DNA from: a virus
Lineage: Duplodnaviria > Caudoviricetes
Length of the DNA stretch: 58,013 nt
IMG/VR virus record: IMGVR_UViG_3300032157_000010
Location: 1-58,013 of that record
Strand: one strand, 5' to 3'
Shown: positions 9,010 through 17,777 of the stretch, piece after piece
Position numbering within the stretch: the stretch's first letter is position 1
Layout of the letters: each line of letters begins with the position of its first letter
Translations under genes and position numbers: made by a program
The notes under the pieces: model-generated
The model's database searches: none
Seen by the model: the letters and a program-made list of their open reading frames with translations, nothing else
What the model was told of the DNA's origin: nothing

Positions 9010-10434
9010 CTAGGCCACCATGCGCTGGGGCCGCGGCCGGCTGGTCAGGCGGGCCCCGTCATAGACCATGCCGTGCTTGGTGTGGCGCGCGGCATAGCCC
9101 ATCGCCTTCATCGCCCGGCCGAAGGAATTGTGCGAGATGGCGTCGAACCCGGTCTTGGCGCACCAGCGGTCGAAATCCTCATACGCCGCCTTGGCGCGCA
9201 GCTTGGCGTTGCCGTCGCGCTCGTCCCATCGGTCGTCGATCCACAGCTGCACGATCGGAATCACATTGGCGACTTCCTTGGTGGCGAGCTTGGCATTGAG
9301 CCTGGCTTGGTCGCTGAAGGCGTTTTCCGGGGCGCTGGCGGGCGAAGTGAGCATCGCCGCTCCCGAGATAGCCAAAACGCCTTGCGCCGGCCCTGAGGCA
9401 ACCTCGGGCTTCTGAGAGGCATGGTCGATTCCGCCGACGACTTTGAGCTCGCGGCTGGGATGGACGATCTCGGCGAGCATGCCCGACAGGGTGCGGCGCT
9501 TGCGGCCGGGCTTGGGGGGCTCGGGAGCGGGTTCATGCCGGGGCGGGGTGGGATTGTGCGGCGGCATGGCCGGCTTGGCGCCGTCGGGCGTGGCGAAGGC
9601 GGCGGGCCGGGGCATCGCGGCGAGCTTCTCGTCCCGCCGCACCGCGGCGAAGGTTCCCCAGATCGCGGCGAGGCCAAAGGCGGAGATCGCCTCGATCAGG
9701 CCGGCCCAGGCCAACGAGCGGCCCATCACCACATTGCTCTTGGCGGTGCCCATGACGGAGGCGGTTGCCGCGACCAGCGAATCGGCATGGGTTACTCGCT
9801 TGCGGCTGTCGAGTTCGCCCCGCAGCTTCTCGATGCGCTTGTCGTATCCGCTGCGGGCGATGGCGGCGGCGAGCTCGGACTGGATGCCGCGGTGCTTTTC
9901 GCAGAAGGCGCGGCTCTCCGGGGCGGTCGCGTCGGTGCAGGCTTTCGTGCGCTGGAACAGCCAGTCGGCTTCGGAGGCGGCCATGTCGGCGCGCACGATC
10001 GATTCGGGCCGGGCGACCGGGACCATGGATCGGGCCTTGACCGCCTCGTCATATTCGGCCTTCATCGCGCCCCATTGGTCGGCGGTCTGCTCGCGCCCGT
10101 CGACCGCGGCGTCGCGCTCGGAGAGCACATAGCCGACGGCCGCCTGGCTGGACCAGATCAGGCACAGGCCGAACAGCGCCCCGCACAGCGCCGCCGGCAC
10201 CCATTTGCGCGAGGACAGGGCAACGCCGGCTGCGATCGCCATGACGATCTTAAGCACATCGACCGCGAGCGCGGCATAGGCGTTGAGCTGGGAGGAGGTG
10301 AGGGTGAGGAAGATGAAGTCGAAGGTCTCGGCCGAGCCCTGCGACAAGCCGAATTTGAAATTGGCGACGGCTGCAACCAGCCAGATCACGCCGACGGCGA
10401 GCGATGCCGGCACCGCCCATAGCAAGTGAACCAT
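9010..10434 (-). CDS. 4-TM membrane protein with C-terminal winged-helix (D5/primase-C-like) domain
   Basis: TM segments, CTDATAPESRAFC, Pro-rich linker, C-terminal AYEDFDRWC...SHNSFGRAM..MGY...VYDG. Confidence 0.8.
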   Translation of the reverse strand: MVHLLWAVPASLAVGVIWLVAAVANFKFGLSQGSAETFDFIFLTLTSSQLNAYAALAVDVLKIVMAIAAGVALSSRKWVPAALCGALFGLCLIWSSQAAVGYVLSERDAAVDGREQTADQWGAMKAEYDEAVKARSMVPVARPESIVRADMAASEADWLFQRTKACTDATAPESRAFCEKHRGIQSELAAAIARSGYDKRIEKLRGELDSRKRVTHADSLVAATASVMGTAKSNVVMGRSLAWAGLIEAISAFGLAAIWGTFAAVRRDEKLAAMPRPAAFATPDGAKPAMPPHNPTPPRHEPAPEPPKPGRKRRTLSGMLAEIVHPSRELKVVGGIDHASQKPEVASGPAQGVLAISGAAMLTSPASAPENAFSDQARLNAKLATKEVANVIPIVQLWIDDRWDERDGNAKLRAKAAYEDFDRWCAKTGFDAISHNSFGRAMKAMGYAARHTKHGMVYDGARLTSRPRPQRMVA

Positions 10435-10526
10435 GGTATTCCCCCGTTTGGTTGCGCCCGAGGACGCAAGTACGGGGAGGGCGCGCATTCCAGCACGCTA
10501 GCTGATTGGCGGCGCCCTATGCAAGA

Positions 10527-10706
10527 TCACTTCTCTTCTGAGAAGCATTTTCTGCAGATGAGGCGATCGCCGAGGGTGACGACAAAGGCGTCTCCGCGGC
10601 GAAGCGGCGACTGACAAGGGCCGGCGCAGGCTCCGACGAGTTCGTCGCCCCTTGGCGTTCCGAGATGGGGGTATGGCGACCTGATGAGGGCGCCCCTACG
10701 CGACAT
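10527..10706 (-). CDS. Small Zn-finger-like protein (59 aa)
   Basis: CAGPC...CRKC; GGAG RBS. Confidence 0.55.
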   Translation of the reverse strand: MSRRGALIRSPYPHLGTPRGDELVGACAGPCQSPLRRGDAFVVTLGDRLICRKCFSEEK

Positions 10707-10941
10707 CTCCGGCCTTCTCGGTCAGCATCCAGGTTTGTGACGGCATCCCTTTAATCAGGGCGTCGCCCGATGGCTCAAGATAGCCAAGGTCGACGAGCCG
10801 GCTCATGCGCCATGGTGTGACGGCAAAGCTTGTTTCCAGGGCTGGCTGGCCACTTAGATCGAGCGCGAGGAATCCACAACGCTTAATGGCTGCGATGACG
10901 ATCTTGTCTCGGTTGGTTAGCTTTCTGGTTTTGGCGGTCAT
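10696..10941 (-). CDS. Small winged-helix-like hypothetical protein
   Basis: GGAGGGAG RBS; RLVDLGYL...WMLTEKA. Confidence 0.6.
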   Translation of the reverse strand: MTAKTRKLTNRDKIVIAAIKRCGFLALDLSGQPALETSFAVTPWRMSRLVDLGYLEPSGDALIKGMPSQTWMLTEKAGDVA

Positions 10942-11041
10942 TGATCTCCCTCCGCATTTTTTAGATGAAGAACTGGCTAGCTGATTGGCCCGGCCACAGG
11001 CAAATGAAAAGGGAAGGGCAGGCTTTCCAAAGTGGCGCTCC

Positions 11042-11146
11042 TTAGTGGGACATCCAAAATATTGCGTAGGCTATAGCTGCCGAAACGGAACCAACGGCAG
11101 AGGCCGCAACAAAGCTTATTAATATGGTCTTATCGGCCTCACTCAT
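11042..11146 (-). CDS. Single-TM micro-protein (34 aa)
   Basis: AAGGAG RBS; MSEADKTILISFVAASAV... Confidence 0.45.
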   Translation of the reverse strand: MSEADKTILISFVAASAVGSVSAAIAYAIFWMSH

Positions 11147-11158
11147 TGATCGCTCCTT

Positions 11159-11365
11159 TCAGGATTGAGGTTTCAGTATATCGGCCGCGACGGCTTCAAG
11201 CTGCTCGTCCGTCGCACCGGGCCAACCGGGGATGTGCCTGCTCAGTGCAAGGCTGAGCTTGACCGCCATCGCTTCGGTCGGCGACAGGCGCCAATTCGGA
11301 CGGAATTGATTGTCGCATTGGCAGCCGGCCGTCGTTTGGCAGCCCGGCATTGAACAGACGCGCAT
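11159..11365 (-). CDS. Small Cys-rich hypothetical protein
   Basis: AAGGAG RBS; CSMPGCQTTAGCQC. Confidence 0.65.
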   Translation of the reverse strand: MRVCSMPGCQTTAGCQCDNQFRPNWRLSPTEAMAVKLSLALSRHIPGWPGATDEQLEAVAADILKPQS

Positions 11366-11374
11366 AGCCGCTCC

Positions 11375-11512
11375 TTATCGGGATGGATCTATTGAAGTGG
11401 TGCGGATCACGACCTCACCGCGAGGCTTGCCGTCACGCGTTATCGTAACGATGTGGTCGCCCGGCTGAGCGCCAGGACGCACGGTCGAAATTGAATATTT
11501 TGGCTTTGTCAT
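11375..11512 (-). CDS. Micro-protein (45 aa)
   Basis: CAGGAG RBS; MTKPKYSIS... Confidence 0.5.
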   Translation of the reverse strand: MTKPKYSISTVRPGAQPGDHIVTITRDGKPRGEVVIRTTSIDPSR

Positions 11513-11524
11513 TGCCCGCTCCTG

Positions 11525-11977
11525 TTAGGATTTGGGTTTACGTTTCCTTGGCTTGGCACGGTGCCTCGCCACTTTTGCCGCGATAATCCGCCTCCGCATC
11601 GCGGCTAGCAGATCCGCAGCGTTACCGCCCGGCTTCACCTGATACGCCTCGCTATGGACAGTCAGCAGCGCGCCGGCCGCCGCTAGCTCTGTCAGAAACC
11701 AACTTGCATCCAGTTCGGAAATCCCGAGACAGTAAGGGTCGGCGACTACTACGCTGTCCCCCGGCTGGGTCGCGAGGAGCAGGTCATTTCGGCTTGCCAG
11801 AGCGGCTGTTCCTGTCTGCTCTGGCCCTGGCCGGCCCTGCTTCACGACTTCGATCTTGTCTGTCCACACAGGCGGGTATTTTCCCTCAAGCAAGCCGAAC
11901 ACCTGCATCACGGCTCGCTGCTTGGCGAGCGACGGCCTGCCCGGTCCCTGAAGGATATAGCCCCATGTTTTTGGCAA
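11525..11977 (-). CDS. Degenerate resolvase/serine-recombinase-fold protein
   Basis: WGY..., Q...., W.D, R..LL....PGDSVVV....LG pattern, but without the YxRVS catalytic motif. Confidence 0.55.
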   Translation of the reverse strand: MPKTWGYILQGPGRPSLAKQRAVMQVFGLLEGKYPPVWTDKIEVVKQGRPGPEQTGTAALASRNDLLLATQPGDSVVVADPYCLGISELDASWFLTELAAAGALLTVHSEAYQVKPGGNAADLLAAMRRRIIAAKVARHRAKPRKRKPKS

Positions 11978-12140
11978 TGGTTACAGCCCTTTTGATGTTG
12001 ACAAAAGGTTACATTGAAACCATTATCAGGTCAAGAACTAAGGAAAACAGCCATGAAAGAAAGCCTCGCTCTGGGCGTTTAATCGGTTTATGGCGAACCC
12101 TGAAATCAACGACTGATCCCACAACCGCCCGGAGGCCGGT

Positions 12141-12395
12141 ATGCCACTCACCCACGCTCAGCACAAAGTCCTGACCGCTCTTTACCAGCACCCAAGCGGG
12201 CGACCGTTCAAATACGCCGATGAGCTTGAAGCGATCGATCAGCTATGCCGGATGGTGCCACCGCTCGTATGCGACCCGCACAACATGGACGGCGCGCTAT
12301 TCACCCGCATAACTGACGAGGGGCGAACCGCTTTGCTCGATGACAAGACAGCCGTCGAGCGTATGGCCGACCGCGATCTTCTCAAATCCCACTAA
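12141..12395 (+). CDS. Small winged-helix-like hypothetical protein
   Basis: GGAGG RBS; LTHAQHKVL...ITDEGRTAL. Confidence 0.65.
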   Translation: MPLTHAQHKVLTALYQHPSGRPFKYADELEAIDQLCRMVPPLVCDPHNMDGALFTRITDEGRTALLDDKTAVERMADRDLLKSH

Positions 12396-12412
12396 AGCCG
12401 GAGCGCCAAGCC

Positions 12413-12595
12413 ATGCCGGAACATGTGAAAATCACGAGCAAGCGGAAGAGCTACACCGTGGTCCGCGATGCGGCTGGCGTGATCCGCGTCATGCATACGA
12501 GCGCTGTGTATGGCGAGAAGCCGATCGACCTTAACGGCAAGCTCGCCGCTCGCTTGCGGCGCGAGTATCCTACCGCGTTTGAACCACAATCCTGA
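12413..12595 (+). CDS. Hypothetical protein
   Basis: GGAG RBS; member of the micro-gene array. Confidence 0.6.
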   Translation: MPEHVKITSKRKSYTVVRDAAGVIRVMHTSAVYGEKPIDLNGKLAARLRREYPTAFEPQS

Positions 12596-12614
12596 AATCC
12601 CCCGGAGGCTATCC

Positions 12615-12773
12615 GTGAACATTTTGAAAAAGACTTATCGCGCTTTAACTCATGCTGACCTTGACGATTTTCTGAAGGCGGAGCGCAAGCGCAAAGCGGA
12701 CGAGCGAAGCGCTGCCCAGCGGCGTATCAATGATCTTGAGGCTGAGAACGCTCGCCTAAGACGCAAATCCTAA
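12615..12773 (+). CDS. Small coiled-coil protein
   Basis: GGAGG RBS with GTG start. Confidence 0.55.
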   Translation: MNILKKTYRALTHADLDDFLKAERKRKADERSAAQRRINDLEAENARLRRKS

Positions 12774-12793
12774 CCTAACCGGAGCGCATCCAG

Positions 12794-13057
12794 ATGGATG
12801 AAAAATGGCTGCCCAACACGCCGCAGGGAAAGCTGTGGAGGCTTGTAGAGGAGTGCAATGAGACGATCCACGAAGCCTGCAAGCTTGGCCGTTTTGGCGG
12901 AGCCGGCATCCGGCGCGACGGTCGAACCGCGAAAGAAGCTCTGACGAGCGAACTGCAGGACCTGTCGCACGCAGTCGAGGAAGTTCTGGACTGTCTTCGC
13001 GACGGCCAATACGACGACCACCACGAGGACTTTGGCCGCGTTGCCGCCTCGTCCTGA
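12794..13057 (+). CDS. MazG-like nucleotide pyrophosphohydrolase domain protein
   Basis: LVEECNE...CK..RFG...L..EL.DL acidic helix pattern. Confidence 0.6.
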   Translation: MDEKWLPNTPQGKLWRLVEECNETIHEACKLGRFGGAGIRRDGRTAKEALTSELQDLSHAVEEVLDCLRDGQYDDHHEDFGRVAASS

Positions 13058-13073
13058 AATCCCCGGACGACCC

Positions 13074-13277
13074 ATGAAGATCCGAGATCTTATTGAAGCG
13101 CTTTAGAAATACCCTGACGACGCGACGGTCACGGCGTTCGATGCAGATGCTGACGGCGTTGCCGAAGTCACCGGCCTGCTGTTCAACCCGACAGGCTCTT
13201 ACCTTGTGGCCGGCGAGGACGGCGATTCCGGAGAGGTCATCAACATGCCGACCCTTCAAATCTGCACCGACGACTAA
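13074..13277 (+). pseudogene. Small ORF interrupted by an in-frame TAG at 13104
   Basis: MKIRDLIEAL*KYPDDATV...ICTDD reads through as a typical phage micro-protein. Confidence 0.65.
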
Positions 13278-13299
13278 ATCCCAAACTCCCCGACACATG

Positions 13300-13335
13300 A
13301 AAAAGGGGCTGGCCCGATGAGAGCCAGCCCCTTTC
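13300..13335. terminator. Bidirectional terminator
   Basis: aaaggggctggc...gccagccccttt between convergent genes. Confidence 0.75.
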
Positions 13336-13359
13336 GTGTTGAAGTGGGAGAGGGGAAGA

Positions 13360-14220
13360 CTAGTCGAGGATCGCGGCCGGGCCCGAGTTCAGCTTCACCT
13401 TCAGGGTGCCCATCACCTTGGTCTCGCCGATCTCGTCGTTGAGGCGAGTGCCGCCAGCGCCTGGCTCGCCGCAGTCTTCGGTCTGACCGCAGGAGTCAGC
13501 CAAGGTTTCCTTGTCGTAGAAGGTATGGGTGCCCTCAACGCCGAGGAAGATGTTGTTGGTGACGGCAAATTCGACACCTCCGCCGACGGTCAGACCGGAA
13601 TGCGTGACATCCTTTGCGGCACCCATTTCGCCGATGCCTGCGTAGGTGAACTCGCTCTCAGTATAGGCCGCCAGCACATAGGCCAACGTGCGTGGGTTGA
13701 CCAGCAGGCCGGCGCGAACACCGAGCGACCACTCGTCGCCTTTCTCGATCGCCTTCAGTTCGGTTCCGGCAACGGAAACCGTGGTCTCGGCGCCGGACAT
13801 GTCGTAGCTGCCGAACGCGCCGAAGACAAAGCGCCCGCGCTGCATGTCGACGCCAAGCTGGCCGCCGCCAGTAACGCCGGAACTGTCAAGGCCGTTCAAT
13901 CCGAACAGTTCGACGCTGGCGCCGGGAGTTCCGCTGCCTTCGCCGCAGATCGGCGTCAGGACTGCTGCGGCCTTATCCGTGTCTGCCGGAGCCGGCTCGG
14001 GGCAAGGCGTGTCGGGAACCGCATTGCGGTAGCTCTCGACGGTGAGATCATGATTCGCGTGGCCATAGCCAAGGCGGCCGCCGACGTAGACGCCGGACCA
14101 GTTCACCGTGGTGCCGGCGACGCTGGGGCCGTCCTTGGTCGAGCCGTTGAAGATATCGGCGCCGAGCACCGGCGACAGCAGCGCGCCCGAGATAGCGAGC
14201 GCCAGGATGGAAGTCTTCAT
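13360..14220 (-). CDS. Omp25/RopB-family outer-membrane beta-barrel protein
   Basis: Signal peptide, NWSGVYVGGRLGYG, GGGQLG.D.Q...FV.G, GLTVGGGVEFA. Confidence 0.85.
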   Translation of the reverse strand: MKTSILALAISGALLSPVLGADIFNGSTKDGPSVAGTTVNWSGVYVGGRLGYGHANHDLTVESYRNAVPDTPCPEPAPADTDKAAAVLTPICGEGSGTPGASVELFGLNGLDSSGVTGGGQLGVDMQRGRFVFGAFGSYDMSGAETTVSVAGTELKAIEKGDEWSLGVRAGLLVNPRTLAYVLAAYTESEFTYAGIGEMGAAKDVTHSGLTVGGGVEFAVTNNIFLGVEGTHTFYDKETLADSCGQTEDCGEPGAGGTRLNDEIGETKVMGTLKVKLNSGPAAILD

Positions 14221-14267
14221 GTGTGATTTCCTTCAGATGTTTGGTTGCAACCGGATCCATCTCAATC

Positions 14268-14317
14268 ATTCGCGTGTCGTGAACAAGCAAAATCGGGACT
14301 GTTCACGACACGCGAAT
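14268..14317. repeat. Perfect 18-bp inverted repeat in a divergent promoter region
   Basis: attcgcgtgtcgtgaaca (14268-14285) and its reverse complement (14300-14317). Confidence 0.9.
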
Positions 14318-14450
14318 CGCAAGCTGTGTCTTTTGCGCGACGGTTGGCGTTTGCCGGGAATCGGGCCGAAATGCGGCTTGACGCACCGGGACTGTTTGTG
14401 GAACAAATGCGGTGTCAACAGTGCTGATTTGAAACTTTGGGAGATCTCAC

Positions 14451-14753
14451 ATGCGAGGGCTGAAAGCCTTTTTCGCGGGCGAATGTGCGCAGATGAAAGC
14501 CCGCTCACTGGAAGCTCTGGGCGTCATCGCCCTGTCTTGGTTCGCCACATTCCTCACCTCCGGCTATCTGTTCTGCTTTGCCTGCTGGGTGAGATCTGGA
14601 TCGGCGGCTCTATGCTTTGGCTTTGTCACCCTGATCTGCGGGATCCGGATGGTGATCGCGATGAAAGCTTTCGAGGCCAAGCTGGCGAAGCCTTATCGGT
14701 TCGAGCATGTCGGGGAGCATCGCAAGGCGGTCGGGCGGGAGTTTCAGATATGA
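14451..14753 (+). CDS. Membrane hypothetical protein
   Basis: GGGAG RBS; two hydrophobic segments. Confidence 0.6.
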   Translation: MRGLKAFFAGECAQMKARSLEALGVIALSWFATFLTSGYLFCFACWVRSGSAALCFGFVTLICGIRMVIAMKAFEAKLAKPYRFEHVGEHRKAVGREFQI

Positions 14754-15049
14754 GCCTTACGGACAAGAATTTGCTTTTGGCACGCCCGCACCCGAACGCC
14801 TTCATCGGCGGCGAGCAGCGCTTGTACAAGCTGGCTAACGGCTATGGCTTGTCGGTGGTCAATGGGGCGATGCTGCGCTCCTACGAGTTCGCCTGGGAGG
14901 TAGCAGTTCTCACCGACATGAAAGAGGACGGCAGCTTCGGCAATCTGACCTATGCAACGCCGCTGACCGATGATGCCGAGGTCTTCTATAGCGACGAAGA
15001 GACCAATGCCTTCATTGAGAAGGCGATTGCCTGGGGAGAAAGCCAATGA
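14750..15049 (+). CDS. Conserved phage hypothetical protein
   Basis: NGYGLSVV...WEVAVL...TPLTDD pattern; ATGA coupling. Confidence 0.7.
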   Translation: MSLTDKNLLLARPHPNAFIGGEQRLYKLANGYGLSVVNGAMLRSYEFAWEVAVLTDMKEDGSFGNLTYATPLTDDAEVFYSDEETNAFIEKAIAWGESQ

Positions 15050-15969
15050 CCTTCACCCCGAAATACTCCCCCGCCTTCCGCTATTGGGAACTGGCCCTGG
15101 CAGCGTCGGGACTGTCCAGCGCCGATGATCGCGGCCGGCATGAGGTCTGGCGCCATTGGAATTTCGAGGAAGACGGCGATCCGCTGATGACAGGCAAGCC
15201 GCAATGCGGCTACTGGCGCGCTCGGATGAAGGATGGTTCATGGGAGCCTGTGGCCATCACGCGGGATGATTACAAGGGCATTCCGGAGATGGGTGACAAC
15301 CTGATCGCGATTCGCGGCCAGCACCGGATTAAGGTTCCGGCCGAAGACGCCTGGAGCTATTGCGGCCGGAACCCAGTGTCCTATGAGGCTTACAAGGTCG
15401 CCTATGAGACCGGCCGCTTTCCCGGCGAGATCGAGATGCCCGGCATCGGGCACAATTCCGGCGACGACCGGACCGGGCTTGTCCGGGAGAACCTCCTCTA
15501 TCTCACCGGCAAGGTGGAGCAGATCTTAGGCGGCCTTGCCGACGATCTCTCCCGGGCGCAGGCCGACGAGCTGGCCAATTTCCGCGACGCCATCAACGGC
15601 TATCGCAAGGAAGCCGACGCCATGCGCAAAAAGGCCTGCGAGGCCTGGATCGCGGCGCAGAAGGCGGAGAACGCCAACTGGCAGCCCTATCTGACGGCTG
15701 CCGACGAAGCCGCCGGCGCCATCAAGGCCAAGCTGAAACCTTATCTGGAGAAGGATCCGTCGGCCAAGCTTGGGGGCCAAATGGCCAAGCGCGCGAGCCT
15801 GCGCACCAAATGGGTCGCCGAGATCACCGACTGGGAAGCCTTCGCCGCCTATTGCTCAGGGCATCCCAGGGTCAGGGAAGAATTGCAGAAATGCGCCAAT
15901 GCCGAAGCGCGCGGAAGCCGTGAAGAAATGCCCGGTGTCCGTTATATCGAAGAAAGGACCGTGGTATGA
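15046..15969 (+). CDS. Hypothetical protein of the recombination module
   Basis: 307 aa, IGHN motif, coiled coil, PGV C-terminus. Confidence 0.75.
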   Translation: MTFTPKYSPAFRYWELALAASGLSSADDRGRHEVWRHWNFEEDGDPLMTGKPQCGYWRARMKDGSWEPVAITRDDYKGIPEMGDNLIAIRGQHRIKVPAEDAWSYCGRNPVSYEAYKVAYETGRFPGEIEMPGIGHNSGDDRTGLVRENLLYLTGKVEQILGGLADDLSRAQADELANFRDAINGYRKEADAMRKKACEAWIAAQKAENANWQPYLTAADEAAGAIKAKLKPYLEKDPSAKLGGQMAKRASLRTKWVAEITDWEAFAAYCSGHPRVREELQKCANAEARGSREEMPGVRYIEERTVV

Positions 15970-16146
15970 TCAAGAAGTTCACGAGCTGGCTTGTCTGGCA
16001 CTGCATCGAGCGCTGGGATGATCTGCTCGACAAGGATTGGAAACGCTAATTGATCGTCTTTCACCCGCTCTGGCTGCTTGTGTGCATTCTTGCGTGGGTG
16101 GGGATTTATTATCTGGTGAAGTGGATTTTCTTTTAGGGAGGGAGAG

Positions 16147-17091
16147 ATGGAAGGCAACGGTTCAAAGGCGGTGACGATCGCGGCGGGGAAGGCTCCGCTC
16201 GCATTGGTGCCGACGACTTTCGATGAAGTGATGCGCTTTGCCAATATGGCGGTGAAGTCCGGCCGGATCGGTAAGGGCATGGATGACGGCGAGGCGCTCG
16301 CGCACGCCCAGATGATAATTTTACAGGGACTTGAACTGCACATCTCGCCGATGCAGGCCTTGAACGGCATCACGCTGATCAACGGCAATCCGTGCATCAA
16401 GGCCCAGCTCGGCCGCGCCCTGGTGCGCCGAGCCGGGCACCGGATCGAGGAATCGATGACCGGTGAGGGCGACGATCGCACCGCCCATTGCAAGATCACC
16501 CGCGGCGACACCGGCGAGGTGATCGAGACCTCCTTCTCGGTCGCCGATGCCAAGCAGGCCAGGCTGTGGTCGCCCGAGCCCAAGGTGGAGCGCTGGAACA
16601 AGTTCGAGAAGAAGAAGGAGCTCAAGGACAATGACAGCGCCTGGTACCGCTTCCCGACGCGCATGATGAAGCACCGGGCGTTCGGCCATTGCGCCTATGA
16701 CGCCTGCGCCGAAGTGATGCTGGGCATGTCGTTCGCCGAGATCATGGAGGACGAAGCGCATGAGGAGCACCGCGGCGAGGTCCGCTCCGTCCCCGACATT
16801 CCCCCGCCGCCGGAAGAACTGACGGATGATGCCGCCTTCGTGGCGGAGATGACGCAGGTTTCACCGGAAGAGCCGGACGAGACCCAACTCGATCTGGAAG
16901 ATGCCGTCACCCTGGAATTCGTGTCCCAGGCATTGGTCAACTTCCAGTGCAAGGCGTCGAACGCCACGACATCAGAGGAAATAGAGGCAGCCTGGGAAGA
17001 ATTCGAGGCCGAGACCGACGGCAAATGCCCGGCAGATCTGAAGCATTCGGCCGAAATCAGCTATGAGACGCAGATGGCGAGGCTGGGATGA
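16147..17091 (+). CDS. RecT-like single-strand annealing protein
   Basis: GLEL...PMQAL..I..ING, FS..DAKQA.L, W..FP.RM...RA; acidic tail. Confidence 0.8.
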   Translation: MEGNGSKAVTIAAGKAPLALVPTTFDEVMRFANMAVKSGRIGKGMDDGEALAHAQMIILQGLELHISPMQALNGITLINGNPCIKAQLGRALVRRAGHRIEESMTGEGDDRTAHCKITRGDTGEVIETSFSVADAKQARLWSPEPKVERWNKFEKKKELKDNDSAWYRFPTRMMKHRAFGHCAYDACAEVMLGMSFAEIMEDEAHEEHRGEVRSVPDIPPPPEELTDDAAFVAEMTQVSPEEPDETQLDLEDAVTLEFVSQALVNFQCKASNATTSEEIEAAWEEFEAETDGKCPADLKHSAEISYETQMARLG

Positions 17092-17266
17092 TCGATAGAC
17101 AACAGAGATACAGAAACTTTGTGGTGGGATGGTGCATCATCTCCCTGATCGGCATAATTTCGGCCGTGCTTATCAGTGTCGGCCTCGGCAACAGCGGCTT
17201 CCTTGCCGCAGGTATTGCTCTGTTCCTCTATATGATCATCGGCATCATTCTGTTGGGCAGGATGCC

Positions 17267-17608
17267 GTGAAACAGCTCATCACGGACGAGCAGATCGAGG
17301 CCGTCTTTGCCTATCTGCGCGACGGCGCGGAGGTTGCGGCGCAAGCCAAGGCCGACGTGTCGATCGCAGACTTCCGGGTCGAGAAAGCGTTCTCGGAACT
17401 TCTCCTGCAGGCTCCAAAAGGCCTGCCGGCCGACATGCGCAAAGCTTGGGCCAAGGCGCACCCGGATTACGAGAAGGCCGTGATCATCGCGGCCGAGTGC
17501 GAAAAGCAGCTCGAGCTGCACCGGCGGCTGCTCATGCAGGCAACGGCCACCATCGATGCCTGGCGCACGCAGAGCTCGTCCGAGCGGGCATTGGGGAGGA
17601 TGGGGTGA
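17267..17608 (+). CDS. Helical hypothetical protein (possible recombination accessory)
   Basis: GTGA coupling; IDAWRT.SS.ER C-terminus. Confidence 0.65.
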   Translation: MKQLITDEQIEAVFAYLRDGAEVAAQAKADVSIADFRVEKAFSELLLQAPKGLPADMRKAWAKAHPDYEKAVIIAAECEKQLELHRRLLMQATATIDAWRTQSSSERALGRMG

Positions 17609-17777
17609 TGGACCCTTGGGACGAACTTCTTGCCGAATGCAAGGGCAGCGCCTTGCGCCGGCCATTGCTGCTTCTGGTGATCGTGTGCTTTGCGATTTCG
17701 ATTCTGGGCTGTGCGGCCAAAGCCGGTCCCGACAAACGCGAAGCGGTGAATTCTATTCTTTGCTGTGGGGGAAGGTG

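Larger units (their letters stand above)
10497..10989 (-). promoter_or_regulatory. Two copies of a promoter-like element
   Basis: gctagctgattggc at 10497-10510 and 10976-10989; on the minus strand each reads TTGC(A/C)T-N18-TAGC. Confidence 0.55.

Noticed and set aside
10681-10700. CTGATGAG hammerhead ribozyme core
   Set aside because: No correctly placed GAAA or stems, and the region codes for a Zn-finger ORF on the minus strand.
13104-13106. Amber stop-codon reassignment
   Set aside because: This is a single case. TAG ends intact genes elsewhere (e.g. 13360, 23568) and no suppressor tRNA was seen.
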